Notes: a model not told the origin generated them from the sequence alone. 64,000 bases of DNA from Eledone cirrhosa (GCA_964016885.1 OZ024742.1:63488001-63552000); one strand, 5' to 3'; positions 1 to 15,690 are shown, numbered from the stretch's first letter. A program made the numbers and translations.

Positions 1-3000
1 CCACTAACAACAACAACAGTAACACCACTAACAACAACAGTAACGCCACTAACAACAACAGTAACACCACTAACGACAACAACAGTAACGCCACTAACAA
101 CAACAACAGTAACACCACTAACAACAACAGTAACACCACTAACAACAACAGTAACACCACTAACAACAACAACAGTAACACCACTAACAACAACAGTAAC
201 ACCACTAACAACAACAGTAACACCACTAACAACAACAACAGTAACACCACTAACAACAACAACAGTAACACCACTAACAACAACAACAGTAACACCACTA
301 ACAACAACAGTAACACCACTAACAACAACAACAGTAACACCACTAACAACAACAGTAACGCCACTAACAACAACAACAGTAACACCACTAACAACAACAA
401 CAGTAACACCACTAACAACAACAGTAACGCCACTAACAACAACAACAGTAACGCCACTAACAACAACAATAGTAACGCCACTAACAACAACAACAGTAAC
501 ACCACTAACAACAACAACAGTAACACCACTAACAACAACAACAGTAACGCCACTAACAACAACAACAGTAACGCCACTAACAACAACAACAGTAACACCA
601 CTAACAACAACAACAGTAACACCACTAACAACAACAACAGTAACGCCACTAACAACAACAATAGTAACGCCACTAACAACAACAACAGTAACGCCACTAA
701 CAACAACAACAGTAACACCACTAACAACAACAACAGTAACGCCACTAACAACAACAGTAACAACACTAACAACAACAACAGTAACGCCACTAACAACAAC
801 AGTAACACCACTAACAACAACAACAGTAACGCCACTAACAACAACAACAGTAACGCCACTAACAACAACAACAGTAACGCCACTAACAACAACAACAGTA
901 ACACCACTAACAACAACAACAGTAACGCCACTAACAACAACAACAGTAACGCCACTAACAACAACAACAGTAACGCCACTAACAACAACAACAGTAACGC
1001 CACTAACAACAACAACAGTAACGCCACTAACAACAACAACAGTAACACCACTAACAACAACAACAGTAACGCCACTAACAACAACAGTAACAACACTAAC
1101 AACAACAACAGTAACGCCACTAACAACAACAGTAACACCACTAACAACAACAACAGTAACGCCACTAACAACAACAACAGTAACGCCACTAACAACAACA
1201 ACAGTAACGTCACTAACAACAACAACAGTAACACCACTAACAACAACATCAGTAACAGCACTAACAACAACAACAGTAACACCACTAACAACAACAACAG
1301 TAACGCCACTAACAACAACAGTAACGCCACTAACAACAACAACAGTAACGCCACTAACAACAACAGTAACACCACTAACAACAACAACAGTAACGCCACT
1401 AACAACAACAACAGTAACACCACTAACAACAACAACAGTAACGCCACTAACAACAACAGTAACGCCACTAACAACAACAACAGTAACGCCACTAACAACA
1501 ACAATAGTAACGCCACTAACAACAACAACAGTAACGCCACTAACAACAACAGTAACGCCACTAACAACAACAACAGTAACGCCACTAACAACAACAACAG
1601 TAACACCACTAACAACAACAACAGTAACGCCACTAACAACAACAGTAACGCCACTAACAACAACAACAGTAACGCCACTAACAACAACAATAGTAACGCC
1701 ACTAACAACAACAACAGTAACGCCACTAACAACAACAACAGTAACACCACTAACAACAACAACAGTAACGCCACTAACAACAACAGTAACAACACTAACA
1801 ACAACAACAGTAACGCCACTAACAACAACAGTAACGCCACTAACAACAACAACAGTAACGCCACTAACAACAACAACAGTAACGCCACTAACAACAACAA
1901 CAGTAACGCCACTAACAACAACAACAGTAACACCACTAACAACAACAACAGTAACGCCACTAACAACAACAGTAACGCCACTAACAACAACAACAGTAAC
2001 GCCACTAACAACAACAGTAACACCACTAACAACAACAACAGTAACGCCACTAACAACAACAACAGTAACACCACTAACGACAACAACAGTAACGCCACTA
2101 ACAACAACAATAGTAACGCCACTAACAACAACAACAGTAACGCCACTAACAACAACAACAGTAACACCACTAACAACAACAGTAACACCACTAACAACAA
2201 CAGTAACGCCACTAACAACAACAGTAACGCCACTAACAACAACAACAGTAACGCCACTAACAACAACAGTAACACCACTAACAACAACAACAGTAACGCC
2301 ACTAACAACAACAACAGTAACACCACTAACGACAACAACAGTAACGCCACTAACAACAACAATAGTAACGCCACTAACAACAACAACAGTAACGCCACTA
2401 ACAACAACAACAGTAACACCACTAACAACAACAGTAACACCACTAACAACAACAGTAACGCCACTAACAACAACAACATTAACACCACTAACAACAACAA
2501 CAGTAACACCACTAACAACAACAACAGTAACGCCACTAACAACAACAACAGTAACACCACTAACAACAACAGTAACACCACTAACAACAACAACAGTAAC
2601 GCCACTAACAACAACAACAGTAACGCCACTAACAACAACAACAGTAACACCACTAACAACAACAACAGTAACGCCACTAACAACAACAACAGTAACACCA
2701 CTAACGACAACAACAGTAACGCCACTAACAACAACAATAGTAACGCCACTAACAACAACAACAGTAACGTCACTAACAACAACAACAGTAACACCACTAA
2801 CAACAACAGTAACACCACTAACAACAACAACAGTAACACCACTAACGACAACAACAGTAACAACACTAACAACAACAACAGTAACGCCACTAACGACAAC
2901 AACAGTAACGCCACTAACAACAACAATAGTAACGCCACTAACAACAACAACAGTAACGTCACTAACAACAACAACAGTAACGCCACTAACAACAACAACA

Positions 3001-6000
3001 GTAACGCCACTAACAACAACAACAGTAACAACACTAACAACAACAACAGTAACGCCACTAACGACAACAACAGTAACGCCACTAACAACAACAATAGTAA
3101 CGCCACTAACAACAACAACAGTAACGTCACTAACAACAACAACAGTAACGCCACTAACAACAACAACAGTAACACCACTAACAACAACAACAGTAACGCC
3201 ACTAACAACAACAGTAACAACACTAACAACAACAACAGTAACACCACTAACGACAACAACAGTAACACCACTAACAACAACAACAGTAACACCACTAACA
3301 ACAACAACAGTAACACCACTAACAACAACAACAGTAACACCACTAACAACAACAACAGTAACACCACTAACAACAACAACAGTAACACCACTAACGACAA
3401 CAACAGTAACGCCACTAACGACAACAACAGTAACGCCACTAACAACAACAACAGTAACACCACTAACAACAACAGTAACACCACTAACAACAACAACAGT
3501 AACACCACTAACGACAACAACAGTAACGCCACTAACAACAACAACAGTAACGCCACTAACAACAACAATAGTAACGCCACTAACAACAACAACAGTAACA
3601 CCACTAACGACAACAACAGTAACGCCACTAACGACAACAACAGTAACGCCACTAACAACAACAACAGTAACGCCACTAACAACAACAATAGTAACGCCAC
3701 TAACAACAACAACAGTAACGCCACTAACAACAACAATAGTAACGCCACTAACAACAACAACAGTAACACCACTAACAACAACAACAGTAACACCACTAAC
3801 GACAACAACAGTAACGCCACTAACGACAACAACAGTAACGCCACTAACAACAACAACAGTAACGCCACTAACAACAACAATAGTAACGCCACTAACAACA
3901 ACAACAGTAACACCACTAACAACAACAGTAACACCACTAACAACAACAACAGTAACACCACTAACAACAACAACAGTAACACCACTAACAACAACAACAG
4001 TAACACCACTAACAACAACAACAGTAACACCACTAACGACAACAACAGTAACGCCACTAACAACAACAACAGTAACGCCACTAACAACAACAATAGTAAC
4101 GCCACTAACAACAACAACAGTAACGCCACTAACGACAACAACAGTAACGCCACTAACAACAACAACAGTAACGCCACTAACAACAACAACAGTAACGCCA
4201 CTAACAACAACAACAGTAACACCACTAACAACAACAACAGTAACGCCACTAACAACAACAACAGTAACGCCAACAACAACAACAGTAACACCACTAACAA
4301 CAACAACAGTAACGCCAACAACAACAACAGTAACACCACTAACAACAACAGTAACACCACTAACAACAACAACAGTAACACCACTAACAACAACAACAGT
4401 AACGCCAACAACAACAACAGTAACACCACTAACAACAACAGTAACACCACTAACAACAACAACAGTAACGCCAACAACAACAACAGTAACACCACTAACA
4501 ACAACAGTAACACCACTAACAACAACAACAGTAACGCCACTAACAACAACAACAGTAACGCCAACAACAACAACAGTAACACCACTAACAACAACAACAG
4601 TAACGCCAACAACAACAACAGTAACACCACTAACAACAACAGTAACACCACTAACAACAACAACAGTAACGCCACTAACAACAACAACAGTAACGCCAAC
4701 AACAACAACAGTAACACCACTAACAACAACAACAGTAACGCCAACAACAACAACAGTAACACCACTAACAACAACAACAGTAACGCCACTAACAACAACA
4801 ACAGTAACGCCAACAACAACAACAGTAACACCACTAACAACAACAGTAACACCACTAACAACAACAACAGTAACACCACTAACAACAACAAGAGTAACGC
4901 CACTAACAACAACAGTAACACCACTAACAACAACAACAGTAACACCACTAACAACAACAACAGTAACACCACTAACAACAACAACAGTAACGCCACTAAC
5001 AACAACAACAGTAACGCCACTAACAACAACAACAACAGTAACACCACTAACAACAACAACAGTAACGCCACTAACAACAACAACAGTAACGCCACTAACA
5101 ACAACAACAGTAACGCCACTAACAACAACAACAGTAACGCCACTAACAACAACAACAGTAACGCCACTAACAACAACAACAACAGTAACACCACTAACAA
5201 CAACAACAGTAACGCCACTAACAACAACAACAGTAACGCCACTAACAACAACAACAGTAACACCACTAACAACAACAACAGTAACACCACTAACAACAAC
5301 AACAGTAACACCACTAACAACAACAACAGTAACGCCACTAACAACAACAGTAACACCACTAACAACAACAACAATAACACCACTAACAACAACAACAGTA
5401 ACACCACTAACAACAACAACAGTAACGCCACTAACAACAACAGTAACGCCACTAACAACAACAACAGTAACACCACTAACAACAACAACAACAGTAACGC
5501 CACTAACAACAACAACAGTAACACCACTAACAACAACAGTAACACCACTAACAACAACACCAGTAACGCCACTAACAACAACAACAGTAACGCCACTAAC
5601 AACAACAACAGTAACACCACTACTAACAACAGTAACACCACTAACAACAACAGTAACACCACTAACAACAACAGTAACACCACTAACAACAACAGTAACA
5701 CCACTAACAACAACAGTAACGCCACTAACAACAACAACAGTAACACCACTAACAACAACAGTAACACCACTAACAACAACAACAGTAACGCCACTAACAA
5801 CAACAACAACAGTAACGCCACTAACAACAACAACAGTAACACCACTAACAACAACAGTAACACCACTAACAACAACAACAGTAACGCCACTAACAACAAC
5901 AACAACAGTAACACCACTAACAACAACAACAGTAACGCCACTAACAACAACAACAGTAACACCACTAACTACAACAGTAACACCACTAACAACAACAGTA

Positions 6001-8113
6001 ACACCACTAACAACAACAGTAACACCACTAACAACAACAACAGTAACGCCACTAACAACAACAACAGTAACACCACTAACAACAACAACAGTAACGCCAC
6101 TAACAACAACAACAGTAACACCACTAACAACAACAGTAACGCCACTAACAACAACAACATTAACACCACTAACAACAACAACAGTAACACCACTAACAAC
6201 AACAGTAACACCACTAACAACAACAGTAACACCACTAACAACAACAACAGTAACTCCACTAACAACAACAACAGTAACACCACTAACAACAACAACAGTA
6301 ACACCACTAACAACAATAACAGTAACACCACTAACAACAACAACGGTAACACCACTAACAACAACAACAGTAACGCCACTAACAACAACAGTAGCGCCAC
6401 TAACAACAACAACAGTAACGCCACTAACAACAACAACAGTAACACCACTAACAACAACAACAGTAACGCCACTAACAACAATAACAGTAACACCACTAAC
6501 AATAACAACAGTAACAACACTAACAACAACAACAGTAGCGCCACTAACAACAACAACAGTAACTCCACTAACAACAACAACAGTAACATCACTAACAACA
6601 ACAACAACAGTAACGCCACTAATAATAACAACAGTAACACCACTAACAACAACAACAGTAACAGCACTAACAACAACAACAGTAACACCACTAACAACAA
6701 CAACAGTAACGCCACTAACAACAACAACAGTAACACCACTAACAACAACAACAGTAACACCACTAACAACAACAGTAACAGCACTAACAACAACAACAGT
6801 AACACCACTAACAACAACAACAGTAACGCCACTAACAACAACAACAGTAACTCCACTACCAACAACAACAGTAACATCACTAACAACAACAACAACAGTA
6901 ACACCACTAACAACAACAGTAACAGCACTAACAACAACAACAGTAACACCACTAACAACAACAACAGTAACACCACTAACAACAACAACAGTAACTCCAC
7001 TAACAACAACAACAGTAACATCACTAACAACAACAACAACAGTAACACCACTAACAACAACAGTAACAGCACTAACAACAACAACAGTAACACCACTAAC
7101 AACAACAACAGTAACGTCACTAACAACAACAACAGTAACACCACTAACAGCAACAACAGTAACGCCACTAACAACAACAACAGTAACACCACTAACAACA
7201 ACAACAGTAACATCACTAACAACAACAACAACAGTAACACCACTAACAACAACAGTAACAGCACTAACAACAACAACAGTAACACCACTAACAACAACAA
7301 CAGTAACACCACTAACAACAACAGTAACGCCACTAACAACAACAGTAACACCACTAACAACAACAGTAACGCCACTAACAACAACAGTAACGCCACTAAC
7401 AACAACAACAGTAACACCACTAACAACAACAACAGTAACCCCACTAACAACAACAGTAACACCACTAACAACAACAACAGTAACACCACTAACAACAACA
7501 GTAACCCCACTAACAACAACAGTAACACCACTAACAACAACAGTAACACCACTAACAACAACAACAGTAACACCACTAACAACAACAGTAACACCACTAC
7601 AACAACAGTAACACCACTAACAACAACAACAGTAACGCCACTAACAACAACAACAGTAACACCACTAACAACAACAACAGTAACACCACTAACAACAACA
7701 ACAGTAACACCACTAACAACAACAGTAACAGCACTAACAACACAACAGTAACACCACTAACAACAACAACAGTAACACCACTAACAACAACAACAGTAAC
7801 ACCACTAACAACAACAACAGTACCACCACTAACAACAACAACAGTAACGCCACTAACAACAACAACAGTAACGCCACTAACAACAACAACAGTAACACCA
7901 CTAACAACAACAACAGTAACACCACTAACAACAACAGTAACACCACTAACAACAACAACAGTAACGCCACTAACAACAACAACAGTAACGCCACTAACAA
8001 CAACAACAGTAACACCACTAACAACAACACTAACACCACTAACAACAACAACAGCAGTAACACCACTAACAAAAACAACAACAGCAACAGTAACAACAAC
8101 AACAACAGCAACT
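1..8113. repeat. AAC-rich minisatellite, unit CCACTA(ACA)3-5GTAACR (21/24/27 bp); runs off the left edge of the window
   Basis: Directly visible tandem array; unit-length variants are multiples of 3; the poly-Leu/Val minus-strand ORFs are by-products. Confidence 0.97.
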
Positions 8114-8229
8114 AATGATTCAACGACGAATTCTCAGTGATTGAAATAGAAATAGCAGCCAAATCTCTTTTAAATTATACCCTACAGGTTTAAATAAAAC
8201 ACTTTTCGTGGTAGTTTGGCAGAGGTTAA

Positions 8230-8636
8230 AACAATCACAACAGCAACAACATCAACAGACAGAGCAGCAGCAATAACAATAACAGCAACAACAACAACAC
8301 AACAGCAACAGCAACAATAACAACAACAATCACAGCAACAACAGCAACAACAACAGCAATACCAACAACAATCACAACAACAGCAATAGCAACAACAACC
8401 GCAACAGCAAGAATCACAACAACAGCAACAACAATAGCAAAAACAACAATACCAACAACAGAAACAACAACAATCACAATAGCAAAAGCAACAACAACAA
8501 CAGCAACAACAAGAACAACAGTACCAACAACAGCAACAACATCAACAATCACGACAACAGCAACAACAAAACAAGAGCATCAACAATAACAATCACAGCA
8601 ACAACAATAACAACAACAACAATACCAACAATAGCA
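8230..8636. repeat. Degenerate (AAC/AGC/AAT)n low-complexity tract
   Basis: Visible imperfect trinucleotide repeat. Confidence 0.9.
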
Positions 8637-8699
8637 AAATTTCTCAATACATCTTGGTTTACTAATTAGTATAGTTAATATGAAGCATTGTGAGATATA

Positions 8700-9063
8700 T
8701 GAAGTGGTCATTCCCCCACCAGTTTGTTGAAAGATGGGTGAGAGAGGGGAGCATGTCCCGAGTGTATGGGCCTGCTCTGAGTATGTGCCTGTAAATTGGA
8801 AGTAGAAAACTGGGTGGTCAGGGTGATCGTGGTCAGGGTGATCGTGGCTTTTTGTGGGTTATCTTCACGAGTGACCCTCGAAAGTCTTCCCCTATTGGGG
8901 AATTTTCCTTCGTTTCGATTTTTTTTGTTACATCCTTTATTTTTGTTTCCCTATTTTGCACGCAGAAACCCATATTTGTACCGTCCTGTACAGTCCTGTG
9001 ATGTCTTTAATGTATTTTTCGTAAACCCTTTTGTGGTTAATAAAGAAAACATTATTATTATTA
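8700..9063 (+). mobile_element. 3' end of an interspersed LINE-like repeat with (ATT)n tail; related copies at ~42700-43115, ~47200-47530 and ~48360-48565
   Basis: Shared blocks 'gagtatgtgcctgta', 'cttcccctattggg' and the tail 'aaaccc(t)tttgtg.ttaataaagaa..cattattatt' recur across the copies; family not identified. Confidence 0.6.
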
Positions 9064-9067
9064 TATA

Positions 9068-9870
9068 CTAGCAGCAGTACCCAGCGTTGCCTGGGTAAGT
9101 AAAATAATATCTGCTTTGGTGAAAAGGTGTTGATCTTAGCGACTGCTTCTCGATGACTCATCTATGGCCACACACAGGTCATGCGGAGGAGGGTGGTGAT
9201 GACCTCTATCACTGTGAAACGTGGGTGACTGACGAAGGGCCATGCTGGGGGAGGGAGTTTCGAATTTGAACGAAATCGGTTGAAAAATGTGGGAGCTAGA
9301 GCCGAAAAGGCAGAAATTTGAGCGAAAAGGTGGTATTTTCGAATATTTAAGCGGCTGCCACGCCGTTCTTGAAGAAAAATCCCAAATGTAAAGCCACTTT
9401 AAGACGTGAAATAATCAGATCTAGCGTAGTGTAAAATTTGAGCAAAGTAGGTTGATTAATGTGGGAGCTAGAGCCGAAATAGTGGAAATTTGAGTCTAAA
9501 AGTGGTATTTTTGAATATTTAAGCGGCTGCCACCCCGTCCCTGAACAACAAATGCAAAATATAAAGGCATTACAGGATATGCAATGATAAATTCTATTTT
9601 GCTTTAAAATTTGAACGAAATCGGTGGCAAAATGTGGGAGCTAGAGACAAAAATCTTATTTTTCGATACCTAAAAAAAGGTGACCCCCTATCGACTTTTA
9701 TCTGCAGAATGACCCTGGAATAAAAAAAAAAAAACGATACGCTGATATATAGAAAACACTCCCCGATGAGTAATCTATGAGCCTGTAAAGTTTCATGAAA
9801 ATCGGTCGTAAGATGTAGGCCCCTATAGGTAATACACAGACACACACACACATACTTAATTTTATATATA
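9068..9870 (-). mobile_element. Non-autonomous Helitron-like element with internal ~170-bp subrepeats
   Basis: Minus-strand 3' end reads 'acccaggcaacgctgggtactgctgCTAGt' (subterminal hairpin + CTAG); block 'aatgtgggagctagag' repeated at ~9290, ~9460 and ~9630; (CA)n near the 5' end. Confidence 0.7.
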
Positions 9871-10029
9871 TTTTATGCATAGTTTATTTTATATTTTTAT
9901 ATCTTCATTGTTAAATTAGTCTTGCCATTGTGCACTTTTACTCGACCTTATTGTAAACCCCCACTGTCCCTGTCTTTGTATTGTCCCCTACATGTCGGCT
10001 CTTGTGGCTAATAAATGAAATCATTATTT

Positions 10030-10426
10030 GGATTGGCAGTATCGTTGGAGGGTCGGACGCCATGCTTTCCAGCATAGTTACGTCCCTTTACGATCTGAGT
10101 TCAAATCCCGCCGAGGTTGACTTTGCCTTTCATCCTTACGGGGTCGATAAAATAAAGTACCAGTAATGAACTGGTTAATTGCTGGCCTTGTGCCTAAACT
10201 AGAAACAATTATTATTATTATATACGGTGGATTGGCAGTATCGGTAGAGGGTCGAACGCCATGCTTTGCAGCAAAGAGTTACGACCCTTTATGGTCTGAG
10301 TTCAAATCTCGCCGAGGTTAACTTTGCCTTTCATCCTTACAGGGTCGATAAAATAAAGTACCAGTAATACACTGGGTAATTGCTGGCCTTGTGCCAAAAG
10401 TAGAGACAATTATTATTATTATTATT
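10030..10426 (+). mobile_element. Two tandem tRNA-derived SINEs with a Nin/Deu-like central domain and (ATT)n tail
   Basis: A-box-like TGGCAGTATCGG, B-box GAGTTCAAATCC, core 'gcctttcatccttacggggtcgataaaataaagtaccagt'; about 20 copies in the window. Confidence 0.85.
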
Positions 10427-10429
10427 TGA

Positions 10430-11555
10430 AACTTCCTTTCAGTTCTGCTTCTTTCCCAAATCCTGCCGAGTGTCAACCTGGCACCTGAGGCAAAATCTGG
10501 TAAAATACACATTTTACAATCACTTATCACATAAATGATGCCACAAGGACACAAACAACAGTAAATGTCCTTGCAAGGTTTTTAAATTGATAATGCTCTT
10601 CTCGGGACATGGGCAGCGGGAATCAGCACTATTTTCTGTATCTCTTGCAGAAATGGCTTTCCAGGTATTCAGTCCAAATATTTATCAGTACCCTTTTTTT
10701 ATCATTCCACGTACGCCGACTATCACTGGTATTGTACAGGCCTTAAGATGCCACATTTTCTCACTTGATAGATCTTTATACTTACTGAACTTTCCGAACT
10801 CTTTCAATGAGATGTTACGATCTGGTGGAATGCTCATGTCAATTAAGAAACATGTTTTCTCTTTATGGTCCTTCACAATTATATCAGATCTGTTGGCCTT
10901 GATTGTTCTGTCAGCATTCACAGGGAAATCCCAGAGGATTGTTACGTTCTCGCCTCCTGTTACTGCATCTGGGTGATGGTTTTCAGACCATAAAACCTGC
11001 ACATTACCCAGTGTAAGTATTGCCCCACGCTATCATGTCTCGTTTTATATTCCTTGGCAGCTAATACCTTGCAGCCTGAAACCAGGTGGTCTATAGTCTC
11101 AACATGATCATCACAAAATCGATACTTTTGGTCAATTCTATTTCTGATCACATTGGCGTTGGGAGACACCAAAATGAAGCCCTCATTCTCCGCCTTTTGC
11201 CTAGAACTCCGCAGCCACTGATGGGTGAGAGATTGAGCTACATTAGGTTCTTTGCTACGGAAAACATACTGCCCATGCAGTGGTTTTTTCTCCTATTTAG
11301 TACACAGTCTCTGTTGGCCTTCATGTTTTGCCAACCCTTTGATTTTTTTGCGGCTTTAATTGCAGAATCGCCATTATTATTTTCAAACTGTATTCCCGCT
11401 TCTTCTTCAAACTTTCTACTTTCATTTGTGACTGAATGTAACCTCGTCTGCCCTTCGTCAACTGCGACCATTTTCATCATCCAGTCATCTGTGGTTTTAA
11501 GGTACTGATTGAGTCCAATGGTCGATATCTTGTATGAAAGCTCTATCTCCATTTT
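10430..11555 (-). mobile_element. Degenerate 3' part of an RLE-type non-LTR retrotransposon (R4/Dong-like)
   Basis: Minus ORFs give 'FCDDHVETIDHLVSGCKVLAAKEYKTRHD' (CCHC knuckle + RHD) and 'NRSDIIV...LIDMSIPPDRN' (PD-(D/E)xK endonuclease); frameshifted. Confidence 0.85.
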
Positions 11556-12259
11556 AACCCTATGTTAATAATACAAGAGCTTTGATATCTATTCTTAAAA
11601 TGTTTCTCATATTCACTTATATTCATGTTTGTTTGCATTGCTCTGGTTCGATTTCTGTTATTCATTATACTCCGTTACTCAATATATTCCATTGCCCATT
11701 ACACTCCGTTAATCATTACACTCTGTTAATCATTACAGTCCGTTAATCATATACTTCATCGCTCATTACACTTTATTACTCATCATACTTTGTTACTCAT
11801 TACACTTCGTTACACATTATACGCCGTTGATCATTCTAAGAAATATATGCCGGCCTCTCACGCTTATCTGTCGTTGAACGTAAAAGGAGAGTAAGATTTG
11901 CTGGCCACTGCCATCGTGCCACCTCTGAGGCAGTGTCCCTACTAGTGCACTGGAAACCACAAGCAGTCACTAATGATAAGGGGCGCAAGCTCTCCTATCC
12001 CGATGTTATCTCCAGAGATTTTGGTATTGAAATCCGGGACTTGGCAACTACAATGAATGACAAACCCAAGCGGAGATCAATTGTTGAGTCAATTTCGGCT
12101 GAGGTCGCCAGATGGATGGACGCTTTGTTAATCATTACGTTTCGTTACCCAGTATACTCAGTATACCCAGTATACCCAGTATGCTCATTATACTTCGCTG
12201 TTCATTACACAACATTGCTGATTATACTTCATTACTCGTGTCATTATTACTCATTGGGG

Positions 12260-12970
12260 GATTGGCAGTATCGGTAGAGGGTCGGACGTCATGCTTTGAC
12301 GCATAGAGTTACGGCCCTTTCCATTCTGAGTTCAAATCCCGCCGAGGTCAACTTTGCCTTTCATCCTTACGGGGTCGATAAAATAAACTACCAGTAATGT
12401 ACTGGGTAATTGCTGGCCTTGTGCCAAAAAGTAGAAACAATTATTACTCATTTTATTATATACTTCGTTATTAATTATTCTTCTACGATTTTGGTTTAGT
12501 CGTGTTTTAATATTTACATTGTTTAAAGGGTGGTGGTTTGGCAGTATTAGTAGAGCGTCGGACACTATGCTTCGCGGCATAGAGTTACGGCCCTTTATGT
12601 TCTGAGTTCAAATCCCGCCGAGGTTAACTTTGCCTTTCATCCTTTCGGGGTCGATGAAATAAAGAACCAGTCATGCACTGGGGTCGATTTAATCGTCTTT
12701 CCCCTCCCCCAAAAAATTGCTGGCCTAGTGCCTGTATAAGAAACCATTATTTACATCGTTTAAGGTGGTGGAATGGCAGGGTTGTGAAAACGTTTGACTA
12801 AAGCCTAGCAGTTTTTATTCGGCCCTTTACATTCTGAGTTCAAATCCTGCCGAGGTGAACTTTTCCCTTTATCCTGCTAAGGTTAATGAAATCAAGTACT
12901 GGTGTCGCTATAATTGTTTTCCCTTCCAAGTAATATTTCTGTCCTCGAACCTATGTTAGAAGCCGTAATA
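12260..12970 (+). mobile_element. Cluster of three tRNA-derived SINEs
   Basis: Same A/B-box and core as 10030-10426. Confidence 0.8.
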
Positions 12971-14502
12971 TACTTTGTTTTGCACGTGTTATATCTTTCT
13001 TTGTGGTTTACGTTCTCAATGGTTTTGTTTTATTTTTGTTGTTGGTTTTCGGTTTGTTACTTGTGTTTCCACTGCGTATTTTTTCTTTCAACTATGTATC
13101 ACTGATACTTTATTCAACAAATTTCAATTGAATTATATAATGCTTGTAATAAAACAAAACAAAAAAATAATAATAATATAAGTCTAAATGGGAGGGAGAG
13201 ACAGACTCTGGGCCTCAGTTAGCTGCGCCGTTTCAATTTCTGATATGTTTGGAGAGTTTGAGAAAGTATCTTCTTAAGTAATTTTATCTTTTGGGAGCCA
13301 AAGTTATCAGGATAATTTTCTGTCTATTATACAAAATTATTGTCGTATTTTTTTGTTTGGGGTATACAATGTAGAAAAATATATTCCTTTCGTGTACATT
13401 TATATGAACCCGTCGAAAGGGGTAATTTATATCAGAAGGAAGAGAAAAATAGAAACAAAATGAGACCCTAACCTGAGACCAGAATGTTCCAGGAAAATCC
13501 ATCAACCAGCCACTCAATAGATGGTTGTTGATGGATTTTGATTCAGGTTAAGTTGTTTGAGGTTTGTTTCAATCCGGTCCTCCAAGTGGATAGAAATTGG
13601 GACGACACAAAAAGTAAGATGGCCAATCTCTCCCAGAAATGGACTGAGCAGAAGCTATACCTGAAAGGTAGTTCATACTGGGCAAACGAATATATCGCCT
13701 CCATTACATATTACTATCTGACTATTGTTGTCTTGATCTGGTTTTTGTCTGATAAGATTGGAGCATTTTGTATTCCGCTTTATGTGAAAGGGACGGGTAA
13801 TCCATCTGCTGCCAACTACTCCTGCTGTGAGAAATCGATATGCTGTGGCTAATGAAACGTCGACATGCACTGTGGCTGCAACATCTACAAGCATTCCTGG
13901 ACGTTAAGTAAATGGAGTCGCTCTCTGTTAGGCATGTCTTCCCACAACACATTTCGTTGACAGGGCTGCAGCCTTTGATCAAGGGAAGACCAAAATTGGG
14001 TGCCTGTTATCCCTACATCCCTCTACCAGCTGGGCAATGTGACACATTAGAAATCCTTAGCAACTAGCGATGGGGAAGAACAATAATGTTCCCGGAGAAA
14101 CTCGGTGTTGATTAGAATCAACTGGCTGGTCTACACCAGAGGTGTTTCGGCTCGCAGACTACGGTAACTTCATAATCCCTTGATCTGGCAGTGCTAGTAG
14201 CGGAGTGAGGCACTGCCAATTCGAGAAAAAGTCTAAAAGCACGAAATTGTTTTCAGCCCAACCTGTATACTATGCGCGCAGAGCGATGAAACCGTTCTGT
14301 ATGCTTTCGTTCAATATCCGAGTGTTGCACTGCCACCATCCCCGAGTGGTGGTGTTGGTAGTGTTATTGTTTTTGGTGGTGGGGTGTTTCTCAAAAGATG
14401 TGTAATTATTCTTAATGATTGTTTGCTGAAGATAAGACACCCTCACCTCCCCCCCCTCTTGGCATTACCTATCTCCACTTCAATCACCCTCAATATAATA
14501 AC

Positions 14503-14910
14503 ATGGCGAAATCGGTAGAGCGTCAGACAAATGCTTTGCCGTTTTTGTTCCGACTTTTTATATTCAGGGTTCAAATCCTGCTGATTTCAACTTTACCTTT
14601 CATCCTTCTGGGGTTGATAAAAGTACTGCAGTCAATATAACGAACTTTCCCTTCCCAAAAAATTACTGACCTTATGCCAAAATTACAAACCATTATTATT
14701 TAAGGGCAATGGATTGGGGGAATCGTTGGAGCGTCGGACAAAATACTTTGTGGCATTTATGTACGGCCCTTTGTGTTCAGAGTTCAAATCCAGTTGGTGT
14801 CAAATTTGCCTTTCAACCTTCTGTACTATTCAAATACTGTGGTCGATATAATTGACTTTCCACTCACCCCAAACTGTTGGATTGAATCTAAATTAGAAAC
14901 CATTATTGTT
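14503..14910 (+). mobile_element. Two degenerate SINE copies
   Basis: 'gttcaaatcc...ctttcatcct' core. Confidence 0.7.
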
Positions 14911-15199
14911 AGGAACAGCCCACAACCTGCACAAGACCTTATCTTGCCAATAGAACAATCTGCCCACACAGTACACAACCTATACAGTAAACACCAAATA
15001 AAATAACACAACCGACACAACATATATTCTACAATAATAATAATACATCATAAAATAACACAACTCACATTACACACGCGTATTGCATAATGCACATATA
15101 CTCAGGAAAGTACTATCTGTCTAATGTCCTTGTTGAGATTCGACAGACAGTAGAAGATCCAGTAATTATCATGTTTCCTTTGCAAGTCATCCATAATTC

Positions 15200-15616
15200 T
15201 TTCTAACATTGGCAAATGGCCAGTAATTTTTTAATGACCGGGAGGTGAGTCTATTATTTCGACCCTGCATTTAGCTGGTACTTTATGTTATCAACTCTGG
15301 ATGGATGCAAGGTAAAATAGACCTTGGAAGGATCTGAACTCAGAACGTGACTAAATGCCGCAAAGCATTTTGTCCGACGCTCTAATGATTCTGTTAACCC
15401 GTCACCCTTTGATAATAATGGTTTCTGATTTAGGCACAAGGCCAACAAATTTTTGGGGGGTCAATTAAATTGACCCCAGTGCATTACTTATACTTTATTT
15501 TATCGACCCCGTAAGGATGAAAATCAAAGCTAACCTCAGCGGGATTTGAACTCAGAACGTAAAAGGTCGTAATTCTATGCTGCGAAGAAGGGTGTCCAAC
15601 GCGCTACCGATACTGT
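15200..15616 (-). mobile_element. Two SINE copies, minus strand
   Basis: Reverse complement of the SINE core ('atcgaccccgtaaggatgaaa', 'ggatttgaactcagaac'). Confidence 0.75.
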
Positions 15617-15690
15617 TAATAATAATCTATATGAATATGTTATCGAGGTGATGAATTTTTCTTTACAGGTTCGTCTATCGTGAAGCAATC

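Noticed and set aside
5969-8111. Minus-strand poly-Leu/Val ORFs of 542 and 125 aa
   Set aside because: Translation of the AAC minisatellite; non-ATG starts; no protein features
10030-10110. tRNA genes at SINE heads
   Set aside because: Only A/B-box remnants with no cloverleaf; each is followed by the SINE body
13280-14310. GC-richer stretch with several short ORFs
   Set aside because: No recognisable motif or splice-consistent exon; probably a decayed repeat, cannot be assigned
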